Sequence record: PQ306573.1
Length of the DNA: 64,000 nt
Direction: 5' to 3' (one strand)
Source: Escherichia phage vB_EcoM_PTE-Eco05
The position numbers and the translations under genes are program-made. The notes under the pieces are model-generated. The model ran no database searches. It was given only the letters and a program-made list of their open reading frames with translations, and had not been told where the DNA came from. Each line of letters begins with the position of its first letter. Position 1 is the first letter of the stretch. This document shows positions 25,813-33,243 of the stretch, piece by piece.

Positions 25813-25884
25813 CGGTGCATCGTATAAAGGTTATTACGGGGAGCTGTTAACTCCTTTATCTTGGTTCGAGTCCAAGTGCGCCAG
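25813..25884 (+). tRNA. tRNA-Asn (GUU) candidate
   Basis: Anticodon stem GGGAG/CTCCT with loop CTGTTAA; T-arm CTTGG-TTCGAGT-CCAAG; acceptor has one 1-72 mismatch; no encoded CCA. Confidence 0.55.
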
Positions 25885-25929
25885 TAATTTAAACGAAGTA
25901 AATTAAGTGCTCTATCCAAATAATAAATA

Positions 25930-25948
25930 CTCCTATATTTTATAGGAG
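25930..25948 (+). promoter_or_regulatory. hairpin sequestering the Shine-Dalgarno of the endonuclease gene
   Basis: CTCCTATA-TTT-TATAGGAG inverted repeat includes AGGAG 10 nt before ATG 25959. Confidence 0.5.
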
Positions 25949-25958
25949 ATAATTGGTA

Positions 25959-26625
25959 ATGAGCATTTGTAAACATTGTAATATGGAATTTGATATTTCT
26001 AATAAACCTAAAGGATGGATGGCTAACCACACTAGATGGTGTAAATCCAACCCTAAATTGGAATTGTATAAAGAAAGTTCTAAATCAGCCATTGCAGCAA
26101 TGAATAAAGCACGTATAGCTTCAGGTAATTTAAACCAGTATGTTGTATCTAAAAAAGACTGGTGTTCCTGTAGTAATTTCGGAAGAGACTAGACAAAAAT
26201 TGTCAGCCGCTTCATTAGGTAGAGAACACTCTGAGGAATCTAGAATAAAAATATCTAATGCTCTGAAAAAATGGTTGAATGAAAACCCCGATAAACATCC
26301 TTGGAAGAAAAATACAAAATTTAAATCTGTGCCTTGTGAATTTTTGAAATCTAAATTAATAGAAAACGGAATTTCATTTATTGAAGAATACCAACCGGTT
26401 AAAAACCGAGCGTATTGCACGGATATTGCTTTAATAGATAAAAAGATTATTATTGAAGTTAATGGAAACCAACATTACTCCAATCCTAAGAAAAAGATTT
26501 TGGCCCCTTATTATAAAGAACGCCATGATATTATAAAATCATTAGGATGGGAAATATATGAACTTCATTATGCTGAAGTTTATAAAGAAGATATTGTAAA
26601 TAATTTAATTGCCTCTATAGTGTAA
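25959..26625 (+). pseudogene. frameshifted homing-endonuclease-like gene (Zn-finger + NUMOD3-like + DUF559/Vsr-like nuclease domain)
   Basis: Two overlapping frames (25953..26192 and 26140..26625) join at an A6 run near 26151-26156; NUMOD3-like SEETRQKLSAASLG and SEESRIKISNALK; C-terminal IIEVNGNQHY...ERHDIIKSLGWEIYEL resembles DUF559. Confidence 0.6.
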
Positions 26626-26686
26626 TGGATAGCATATAATCATTCTAAGGTTAATGGTGAGAGTTCAAATCTTTCTAGAGGCACCA
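26611..26686 (+). tRNA. tRNA-Arg (UCU)
   Basis: Acceptor GCCTCTA/TAGAGGC, anticodon loop ATTCTAA, T-arm GAGAG-TTCAAAT-CTTTC, encoded CCA; overlaps last 15 nt of the upstream ORF. Confidence 0.75.
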
Positions 26687-26704
26687 ACTTTAAGTGAGGA
26701 AAAT

Positions 26705-27049
26705 ATGAAAGGCAATATTTATCTGGTAGTTCATGACTTAACGTTTTATTTTAACGAACGTGAAACAGTTATTTCTCATCGATTGATTAATTCGTTATAT
26801 CAACACGCTGATTACGTTTATTTCCAAAATGAATTTGGCCATTGGAAGTTCATTAAAAATCGTTCTGGGTTAACTAGTTTTGAATACTTTGACCGTAAAG
26901 ACCTTTTAAACGAAATCCCATTGCAACATCGGTTCCAGAAACGCGAATCATTATATTATTGCCGTCATATACCAAACGCCGAATGTGTTAATGAAGCGAT
27001 TAATCTATGGCGTCGGCGTCGAGAGCAAATTGATGGTATGCCAAAATAA
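26705..27049 (+). CDS. hypothetical protein
   Basis: 114 aa from MKGNIYLVVHD after GAGGA; ORF track start 26654 would lie inside the tRNA. Confidence 0.6.
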   Translation: MKGNIYLVVHDLTFYFNERETVISHRLINSLYQHADYVYFQNEFGHWKFIKNRSGLTSFEYFDRKDLLNEIPLQHRFQKRESLYYCRHIPNAECVNEAINLWRRRREQIDGMPK

Positions 27050-27217
27050 GAAGCCGGGTCGCTACCGGTAAGTCGTCGGACTGATGTTCCCTGAGTAAGG
27101 ACTGGTCTTAATAAATCTTTACGATTTGTTATTATCCCCTTATATCACAGCAGAAACGGCGCACCGAATTATCGATTCGAGGAAATATCTTTGCCGTAAG
27201 CCGAGTAGCGTTTTTGA

Positions 27218-27309
27218 CGGAACGTTCGGATATGGTCGAGATATGGCCTTTTAAAAATATTGAGTAGCGTCAACTGCTTAATAACCGGGTTCGAATCCCG
27301 GCGTTTCGT
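27218..27309 (+). ncRNA. tRNA-like structured RNA (long-arm tRNA or T4 stable-RNA-like species)
   Basis: Canonical T-arm CCGGG-TTCGAAT-CCCGG with acceptor pairing CGGAACG/CGTTTCG about 92 nt apart; internal arms could not be folded cleanly by hand. Confidence 0.3.
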
Positions 27310-27360
27310 ACAAACACTTGCCTTAGCAGGTGGAACCCCGACAAGGTTGCCGCAAGGCTT

Positions 27361-27388
27361 AGCCCCTTCCGAAAGGTCGGGGCTTTTT
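27361..27388 (+). terminator. rho-independent terminator (family copy 1, GAAA loop)
   Basis: AGCCCCTTCC-GAAA-GGTCGGGGCT followed by TTTTT. Confidence 0.7.
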
Positions 27389-27433
27389 GGCATAATAATA
27401 AATAGATAAGTTAATTAACTTAGGAAAAGCAAC

Positions 27434-27898
27434 ATGAAATCATACGCTGAATTTTTGACTGAACAATCTAGTTCAGATGTAAAAGCCGCTGCGATTGCAG
27501 CAATTCAAGCAGGTAAATATTCTTACAAAGACGCCTCTGATGAAGAACGTTTCCGTTTTATTAGAGATTTTAAAGCCGAAGGTTTTACTAATGCTAATAC
27601 TGTTAGCCGAGTTTTTAAAAGCCTAGCTGCATCAGGTGAATTGTTCCAGAAAGCTACAGGTAAAGCACCTGCGCCAAAAACAGACCCTAAAGCAGCTCAA
27701 GAAAAAAATATCGCCAAAGGAATTATTTCTAAGTATGAAGCAATTCTTAAAGAGCTTTTAGTAATCAAAACAGAAGGCCAGAAACTGGCACGAGCACATA
27801 GCTTCAAAGATAATCCTCACGCTCATAGCCTTGAGTATGTTGAAGATATCCAAAAACTTATTAAAGACCGTATCTGGTCTGCTAAACAAATTAAATAA
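27434..27898 (+). CDS. internal protein-like (capsid-targeting N-terminus)
   Basis: Begins MKSYAEFLTEQ; 154 aa; Ala/Lys-rich. Confidence 0.65.
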   Translation: MKSYAEFLTEQSSSDVKAAAIAAIQAGKYSYKDASDEERFRFIRDFKAEGFTNANTVSRVFKSLAASGELFQKATGKAPAPKTDPKAAQEKNIAKGIISKYEAILKELLVIKTEGQKLARAHSFKDNPHAHSLEYVEDIQKLIKDRIWSAKQIK

Positions 27899-27904
27899 TA
27901 GAAT

Positions 27905-27931
27905 GCCCCTTCCTTATGGTTGGGGCCTTTT
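27905..27931 (+). terminator. rho-independent terminator (family copy 2)
   Basis: GCCCCTTCCTTATGGTTGGGGC then CTTTT, directly after the stop at 27898. Confidence 0.7.
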
Positions 27932-27964
27932 GGTATCTAGGGCATAAAAATATTTCATAAAGAT

Positions 27965-27993
27965 GTTTACTTCTTCTAAGGACATGATACTAT
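27965..27993 (+). promoter_or_regulatory. early promoter (GTTTAC-N17-TACTAT)
   Basis: Upstream of ATG 28022. Confidence 0.6.
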
Positions 27994-28021
27994 AGACTTA
28001 TCAACCATAGAGGAAAATGTT

Positions 28022-28525
28022 ATGAGTCTTTACACTGAACTGAATAAAAAATCTGAAGAATCTGCTGAAACTATTTTTAAAAACGTGCAAAAGCGTATTT
28101 TGGAAAAGATGTACGATGCAGCATCTAAAGGTGAAAAATCTTGCCGGTTTCCGATGAGGTGTTCTTCTGATTTATGCGCAAATACTATTGAATGGCTGGA
28201 AAGTGAAGGTCTTACGGTAGAGAAAAACCCGGCGACTTCTATTGACGGCGAATCATATATTAGTATTTCTTGGGATAAATCAAGGGTAGAAGAGAAAGAT
28301 GGTGATTGGGTTGTAGATGTTAAAACTTCTGATGGTGGACGTTCTGTTGAAGTTTCAGCTGTAGTTAAAGGTACCCACGAACAAAGGACTTGGGGTTGGG
28401 GTGGTGAAGAAAAAGAAATTGTTCTTAGTGTGATTGCCAGGTCAACTAGTAATAAAATTGCACAAAGCATCATTGACGCTGCAATTGCTGAAGCAGAAAA
28501 AATTTGCAAAATTAAAAATAAATGA
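28022..28525 (+). CDS. hypothetical protein
   Basis: 167-aa ORF behind an early promoter. Confidence 0.65.
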   Translation: MSLYTELNKKSEESAETIFKNVQKRILEKMYDAASKGEKSCRFPMRCSSDLCANTIEWLESEGLTVEKNPATSIDGESYISISWDKSRVEEKDGDWVVDVKTSDGGRSVEVSAVVKGTHEQRTWGWGGEEKEIVLSVIARSTSNKIAQSIIDAAIAEAEKICKIKNK

Positions 28526-28554
28526 TGTACAAACGCCAAGGATGGTGGTACTAT
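28525..28554 (+). promoter_or_regulatory. early promoter (ATGTAC-N18-TACTAT)
   Basis: Upstream of ATG 28585; shares the GGTACTATAGACTTATCAAC core with the 27965 promoter. Confidence 0.5.
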
Positions 28555-28584
28555 AGACTTATCAACTACAGAGGAGTAAACAAA

Positions 28585-28749
28585 ATGACTACTTTAATTA
28601 TTTGGTTCGATGAAAATGAAGAAACATACTGTGTGAATATTGGTGAAAGTCCAATGCCTGAATTTGAATCCTCGGATAAAAACTCTGTTGTATCTTGGGC
28701 TGAAGGTTATAAAGCAGCTAAAGGTGACGTTGAAATAATTTACATCTAA
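28585..28749 (+). CDS. small hypothetical protein
   Basis: 54 aa from MTTLIIWFDENEE after AGAGGAG. Confidence 0.55.
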   Translation: MTTLIIWFDENEETYCVNIGESPMPEFESSDKNSVVSWAEGYKAAKGDVEIIYI

Positions 28750-28767
28750 GTAAGTTTATGTTATAGT
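28739..28767 (+). promoter_or_regulatory. early promoter cassette (TTTACA-N17-TATAGT)
   Basis: TATGTTATAGTAGTCCTATCAAA core again; precedes ATG 28796. Confidence 0.6.
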
Positions 28768-28795
28768 AGTCCTATCAAATCAAGAGGAAAACAAA

Positions 28796-29023
28796 ATGGC
28801 TAAAGTTAGTATTGATGTCGTTGATTATGAATACACAGAAGAAGTTATTCGCAACCGCCACCCTGAAGTTCGTATCGATTCAGTCCAAGATTCCAAGTTC
28901 TGGACAACTGAGCTTAATCTGAGTGGTCCTTATGAAGCTGTTAAGAAGTTCATGGTTGAAGAATACTGCGAAGGCATGCACCCCGAAGACGCCAAGTTTT
29001 ATGTCAATTTGATTAAAAAATAA
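28796..29023 (+). CDS. small hypothetical protein
   Basis: 75-aa ORF. Confidence 0.6.
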   Translation: MAKVSIDVVDYEYTEEVIRNRHPEVRIDSVQDSKFWTTELNLSGPYEAVKKFMVEEYCEGMHPEDAKFYVNLIKK

Positions 29024-29070
29024 TTTACAAACTCTTGAGAGCAGAGTATAATGCTCTCATTGGATAATAA
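29023..29070 (+). repeat. 48-bp exact repeat copy 1 (promoter cassette)
   Basis: ATTTACAAACTCTTGAGAGCAGAGTATAATGCTCTCATTGGATAATAAA, identical to 57616..57663. Confidence 0.85.
29024..29059 (+). promoter_or_regulatory. early promoter (TTTACA-N17-TATAAT) with palindrome around -10
   Basis: -35 29024-29029, -10 29047-29052; TGAGAGCA/TGCTCTCA inverted repeat; part of a 48-bp exact repeat. Confidence 0.7.
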
Positions 29071-29093
29071 ACCACCAATTGAAAGGTAATAAT

Positions 29094-29687
29094 ATGAACA
29101 CACTGAAGAAACTTGTCGAATTCATCCGCACTAAACTGGGTACTGCTATGGCTAAAAATCTGACTGTCGAAGAACAGTATAACGCAGCTGCAGATAAGTT
29201 GATTACCCAAATCAAAGAACTAAAAACGGCTTCTGTTAAATCTATTAATGAAGAAAAACGTATTCGCGAACTTGTTAATGAAAAGAACAAGCAAGCCGCT
29301 TCTAAGGAACGTGAAATTCGTAAGCTCCTGGCTGAAGGACAAGATGTTACCATGCATGCTAAGCTTGGTCTTCTGTATCGTCGAACTGCCGAACAACTTA
29401 ATACAAAAGCTGACGGGTATGCCGCTATGCGAATTGAAATTGCTCGTAAGGTGGTTGAACTTGATGATGCTCGTCAGAATCTGGCAATCAAACTCGAATA
29501 CATTCGTGAAACTCGAGCAGCTAATGCCCTTGGTATCTCTACGGCTGACGATGTAATTGAAATCGCTGCACTGACTAAGGTTGATATCGAAGACACTCTG
29601 ACTCGTGTTGAAACGTTCAATGGCACTCAGCCCGGCGTTGAAACCACTTCTGCTGATGTACAAGAATATATTAACTCTTTGAAATAA
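29094..29687 (+). CDS. coiled-coil protein (possible PspA/IM30-like architecture)
   Basis: 197 aa from [10 protein letters not shown]; long heptad-rich helical sequence; codon usage richer in CTG/CGT than neighbours. Confidence 0.6.
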   Translation: MNTLKKLVEFIRTKLGTAMAKNLTVEEQYNAAADKLITQIKELKTASVKSINEEKRIRELVNEKNKQAASKEREIRKLLAEGQDVTMHAKLGLLYRRTAEQLNTKADGYAAMRIEIARKVVELDDARQNLAIKLEYIRETRAANALGISTADDVIEIAALTKVDIEDTLTRVETFNGTQPGVETTSADVQEYINSLK

Positions 29688-29736
29688 AATAATACGGAGG
29701 ACTCCGGTCCTCCTTTTGGATAATAAAGGAGTTAAC

Positions 29737-30333
29737 ATGCGAAACCAAAATAATGATATTGACTCAATGTTCGAAGAGTTCCGAAATAAGGTAAATCCAC
29801 CTACGTCTTTAGTTGATTCATTACGATATGTCGCAACTGGGCGTAAATGGTACTGGTCGTCTTCTTATGAGACAACTGAATATGCAAATAACCGAAAATC
29901 TTTATTAGCCCCAGGTATTATGATTCATGATATCGGAGCTATTGCTAAACTAGTTGCAGACCATGATATTAGATTTACTGATTTCGTTGCTCCTACGTGG
30001 TCTGTTTGTTGTTTAAACACTGAATGGGAATACATCAGTGAACGTTCAGATGATTACGTAGGCTTTAGAGACAAACTTTTAAGGTCTAACATGTTTTATA
30101 TCGATACTGAAGTTCTAGTCAATAATAAAAAATACTACTTCACTTTAATCGTCGATTCTGAAACTATGTATGAAGGCAAGCCTTTGCTTAAAAGAGTTGA
30201 TGCTTTAAGTGCTATTGATGCTCTTTATGAAACTATGGTTGTTAGTCCTAATTTCACTAACAATTTAATCCTTGAGCAATTTATTATGGAATGTAGAGAA
30301 TATGTCAAAGCCAACCCTGTACATGCCAATTAA
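29737..30333 (+). CDS. hypothetical protein
   Basis: 198 aa from MRNQNNDID after AAGGAG. Confidence 0.6.
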   Translation: MRNQNNDIDSMFEEFRNKVNPPTSLVDSLRYVATGRKWYWSSSYETTEYANNRKSLLAPGIMIHDIGAIAKLVADHDIRFTDFVAPTWSVCCLNTEWEYISERSDDYVGFRDKLLRSNMFYIDTEVLVNNKKYYFTLIVDSETMYEGKPLLKRVDALSAIDALYETMVVSPNFTNNLILEQFIMECREYVKANPVHAN

Positions 30334-30535
30334 GCCATGGGCATACGAATACAAACGTAAATTAATCCCAAACGAAGTACTATTTGGCCCTATTTTAGCT
30401 TTAGCATTTTTAATCTTTATGATTATAGGAGCTGTTTTAGATTCTAGTGAAGTTATATCGTCTGATGCAGTGTTTTTACTTATAGCCGGGTCGTTTATTG
30501 TGCCATTTTTATTAATGCCTATTAATTGGGTGTGA
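30302..30535 (+). CDS. small membrane protein
   Basis: 77 aa; two transmembrane-like segments; start region duplicates that of the 30784 gene. Confidence 0.5.
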   Translation: MSKPTLYMPIKPWAYEYKRKLIPNEVLFGPILALAFLIFMIIGAVLDSSEVISSDAVFLLIAGSFIVPFLLMPINWV

Positions 30536-30694
30536 TATTGGTACCAAGGCCGTCATCACAGAGCCCGATTAAGAGAATGGAAAGTTCAGTGCGCAAAAGC
30601 CCAGTATGATGAAGCTGTTAAAAAGTATGAATATGACGAAGCCATGGAATTCGTTAAGGAGATAAGATGCAAAAGCCTGAACTGAATTTATGCT

Positions 30695-30724
30695 GTTTAC
30701 GCTTCTCAAATGATTAGTTATAAT
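30695..30724 (+). promoter_or_regulatory. early promoter (GTTTAC-N18-TATAAT)
   Basis: In the 250-bp intergenic region upstream of 30784. Confidence 0.6.
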
Positions 30725-30783
30725 GAACTCCTAACTAGACGTGAAAATGAAACAATCGAAAACTTTATTAAGGAATGTAGAAA

Positions 30784-31089
30784 ATGAGTAAGATTATCGA
30801 AATTAAAGTACCAGAGTTTAATGATGCCAAATCCGCTTCAGATGCAATTTATAAACTTCTGAATCAAGCTGAACGTATCGAAGAAGAAGCAACAAAGATC
30901 GCAGACCAATATGCCGTACCATTTTCTGTAGGTGATTATGGTAGCGGTCGTACTTATTATCCTAAGGGTGAAATCGTATCCCAGTGGATGAAAAATGAAA
31001 TTGAAAATAATGGTGGTGATGTTAAGCGTGAAGGTAATGGTTACGTTATTACTGAAGGTGCTTGGGTTTCGTCTTCTGCGTTGTGCTAA
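30784..31089 (+). CDS. small protein, paralog 1 (C-terminal GAWVSSSALC)
   Basis: 101 aa; shares a C-terminal G-W-V-[SA]-S-S-x-x-C motif with the next two ORFs. Confidence 0.65.
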   Translation: MSKIIEIKVPEFNDAKSASDAIYKLLNQAERIEEEATKIADQYAVPFSVGDYGSGRTYYPKGEIVSQWMKNEIENNGGDVKREGNGYVITEGAWVSSSALC

Positions 31090-31098
31090 GGAATCATT

Positions 31099-31371
31099 AT
31101 GTCTAAAGAACAAACCGAACTGGCTGAAGCTGTAGCAAAAATCTATGCAGCTATTGAGGCTGCCAAAGAAATTGCTGATAAACAAAACACAACATTCGAC
31201 TTGTATCCGGCTTATGGTATGGGTGGAACCTATCATTCACCAGGACATCTTAAAGCCGATCTTGAACGTTGTACAAAAAACGGCTATGCTGAATGGGCTG
31301 ACGTTTACCAATACGACTACAACCTGAGCCTTGAAGATGGCGGTTGGGTTGCATCTTCTCACACTTGCTAA
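31099..31371 (+). CDS. small protein, paralog 2 (C-terminal GGWVASSHTC)
   Basis: 90 aa; same C-terminal motif. Confidence 0.65.
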   Translation: MSKEQTELAEAVAKIYAAIEAAKEIADKQNTTFDLYPAYGMGGTYHSPGHLKADLERCTKNGYAEWADVYQYDYNLSLEDGGWVASSHTC

Positions 31372-31380
31372 GGAAACAAT

Positions 31381-31578
31381 ATGTCTCGTGAATTAGATTG
31401 TGCTGTACGTACGGCAGTAGCTGCCCTGGAAAACCTGTTCCAAATTGCAACAGAAGAACGCGAAGAAGTTACATTATGGATTGAAGATAACGCAGGTCTG
31501 AATCTCCAGGACGCGATCTCATTATCCCACAATAGTATCACTATTCAAGGCTGGGTATCATCTAGTTATTCTTGCTAA
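31381..31578 (+). CDS. small protein, paralog 3 (C-terminal QGWVSSSYSC)
   Basis: 65 aa; same C-terminal motif. Confidence 0.65.
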   Translation: MSRELDCAVRTAVAALENLFQIATEEREEVTLWIEDNAGLNLQDAISLSHNSITIQGWVSSSYSC

Positions 31579-31582
31579 AACA

Positions 31583-31612
31583 GTTTACAACAAGATAGGG
31601 CTATGTTATAGT
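31583..31612 (+). promoter_or_regulatory. early promoter cassette (GTTTAC-N18-TATAGT)
   Basis: GGGCTATGTTATAGTAGTCCTATCAAA core. Confidence 0.6.
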
Positions 31613-31640
31613 AGTCCTATCAAATTAAATGGAGTCCACA

Positions 31641-31880
31641 ATGATTTATTACGAAAGTATCGGAACCAAAGTGGTTGTTAAAACCATTACTCGTGAAAAG
31701 TTTGCAAAGATATTCGATATGCGTTATAAAAAATCTGAACACAAAGGCATCCGATTCGAAGATGCGCACTGTACAATTTGCCCTTATAATGAAGACATAA
31801 ACGGTACAATCGTTCCATTGGTAGAGGCTTCACACGATGACCTCTGGGATGAATATGATATCGCATGTCGTGAAATTTAA
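31641..31880 (+). CDS. small Cys-containing hypothetical protein
   Basis: 79 aa from MIYYESIG after GGAG; HCTICP motif. Confidence 0.55.
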   Translation: MIYYESIGTKVVVKTITREKFAKIFDMRYKKSEHKGIRFEDAHCTICPYNEDINGTIVPLVEASHDDLWDEYDIACREI

Positions 31881-31908
31881 GTTAATGAATTAATCCGAGG
31901 AAAATATT

Positions 31909-32865
31909 ATGATGTTAGTTATTGGTTCTCGTGCACTTCACTATCATGGTCTTATTGATTCTAGCGCTATCAAAAATAGCGATTGGGACTTTATTGCGGA
32001 CCAAGGTTCTTGGAATGCATTCAAAAATCAAATGATGGGTGTATATGTCCACCAAGATAACCCTGATGTCCAAATTTTCAAATGCTTCCATAATGGACGC
32101 GAAACTCATTTTGAAGCATATATTGTTCCGGCAATCACTAATGTCCGTGAATTAGTCGGTGAACTCACTCCTGAAGATTTCACGTCTTCTTATGACCTTT
32201 TAAAATACGCCAAGAAAAATTTGACTAAAGACCGTTTGAACGGGTTTTACTGGGCAACTCCTGAGATATGTCTTGCAATTAAGATGTCTCATCGTTTCAA
32301 GAAAAATAATCCATTCTTTTTAAAGACTATGAACCATATTCAGTATCTTCGTGGTAAAGGTGTTACACTGAACGATGAACTTACTGAAATTATGCTGAAA
32401 CGCCAGAAAGAAACCTTGAACTATGCTCACCCAGTTCTTGACACTTCTAAAAGTGCGTTCTTTAAAGATGACATCTATACATATGACCATGATACTATTC
32501 ATGAAGCCATTGCACTAACAGACCGTCCAGCGTATACATTTTATATGAAAGATGGTTCTGAAGTCATGACCTCACGCGAGAAGTTCGAATCGTTACCGGA
32601 AATGATTAAACTGGCCGGTGTATACGAAGAATCATGTGTACTAGCATTAGAACGTTCTCAGATTCCTAATGACTTTAAAATTAACCCTGAAGCCAGTTTC
32701 ATGATGGCATTGGAAAAAGTCTGTACAAGCATCACCTCCGGTTGGTTCCGTGAGTATGCCTGGGAAAACTACAGCAAAGTAGTAAGTATGTACCAAAGCT
32801 TAGGACATGATGATTACGTCAAACGTTTCAAACAAAATTTCCATATTGTAAAACCTTTCAAATAA
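31909..32865 (+). CDS. hypothetical protein with N-terminal nucleotidyltransferase-like G-S...D-x-D motif
   Basis: 318 aa; VIGSRALHYHGLIDSSAIKNSDWDF near N-terminus; spacing is longer than the canonical Pol-beta NTase motif, so tentative. Confidence 0.55.
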   Translation: MMLVIGSRALHYHGLIDSSAIKNSDWDFIADQGSWNAFKNQMMGVYVHQDNPDVQIFKCFHNGRETHFEAYIVPAITNVRELVGELTPEDFTSSYDLLKYAKKNLTKDRLNGFYWATPEICLAIKMSHRFKKNNPFFLKTMNHIQYLRGKGVTLNDELTEIMLKRQKETLNYAHPVLDTSKSAFFKDDIYTYDHDTIHEAIALTDRPAYTFYMKDGSEVMTSREKFESLPEMIKLAGVYEESCVLALERSQIPNDFKINPEASFMMALEKVCTSITSGWFREYAWENYSKVVSMYQSLGHDDYVKRFKQNFHIVKPFK

Positions 32866-32877
32866 TTTCGCAAAACT

Positions 32878-32907
32878 GTTTACACAATTATAGGATTATG
32901 TTATAGT
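32878..32907 (+). promoter_or_regulatory. early promoter cassette (GTTTAC-N18-TATAGT)
   Basis: GGATTATGTTATAGTAAGTCCTATTAAAACA core. Confidence 0.6.
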
Positions 32908-32936
32908 AAGTCCTATTAAAACATGAGGAGAATATT

Positions 32937-33242
32937 ATGAAATTAGGCGAAACCAACCGAATTGGTCTTTTAACAATATTTGCATCACCATTTTACGCAG
33001 CTCTTTCTGTTGCAGTATTACAAAAGGCTTACAGTATGGATGGTGTTCCTGGTTTTGTATTCTTATCACCGTTTTTATTATTCGTCGGAGCTTTGTTATT
33101 ATATGCCACGACTAGTTTCGACCATAATGTCTGGGTCAATTATAAATGTAAATTGACCGAAGAAGAACACGCAGAAGCTCGTAAAAAAGCTATTGAATCT
33201 ACCAATCTAGAAAATTTCATTAAAGAATGTCGAGGAAAATAA
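32937..33242 (+). CDS. small membrane protein
   Basis: 101 aa, two hydrophobic helices. Confidence 0.6.
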   Translation: MKLGETNRIGLLTIFASPFYAALSVAVLQKAYSMDGVPGFVFLSPFLLFVGALLLYATTSFDHNVWVNYKCKLTEEEHAEARKKAIESTNLENFIKECRGK

Positions 33243-33243
33243 T

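Noticed and set aside
25758-26030. 90-aa minus-strand ORF across the tRNA pair
   Set aside because: Overlaps two well-folded tRNAs on the opposite strand; spurious
27050-27217. Additional tRNA between the 26705 ORF and the tRNA-like RNA
   Set aside because: Local inverted repeats are present, but no T-loop or acceptor pairing could be built by hand
27169-27393. 74-aa minus-strand ORF
   Set aside because: Lies over the tRNA-like RNA and a terminator hairpin; no ribosome-binding site
29220-29738. 172-aa minus-strand ORF (and 29057..29353) antisense to the coiled-coil gene
   Set aside because: Entirely antisense to a plus-strand gene with promoter and ribosome-binding site, in a block where every credible gene is on the plus strand; no start context
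30838-31236. 132-aa minus-strand ORF across the first two triplet paralogs; similar antisense ORFs at 33445..33699, 33733..34044, 35097..35438, 35594..35938
   Set aside because: Antisense to compactly arranged plus-strand genes with proper start contexts
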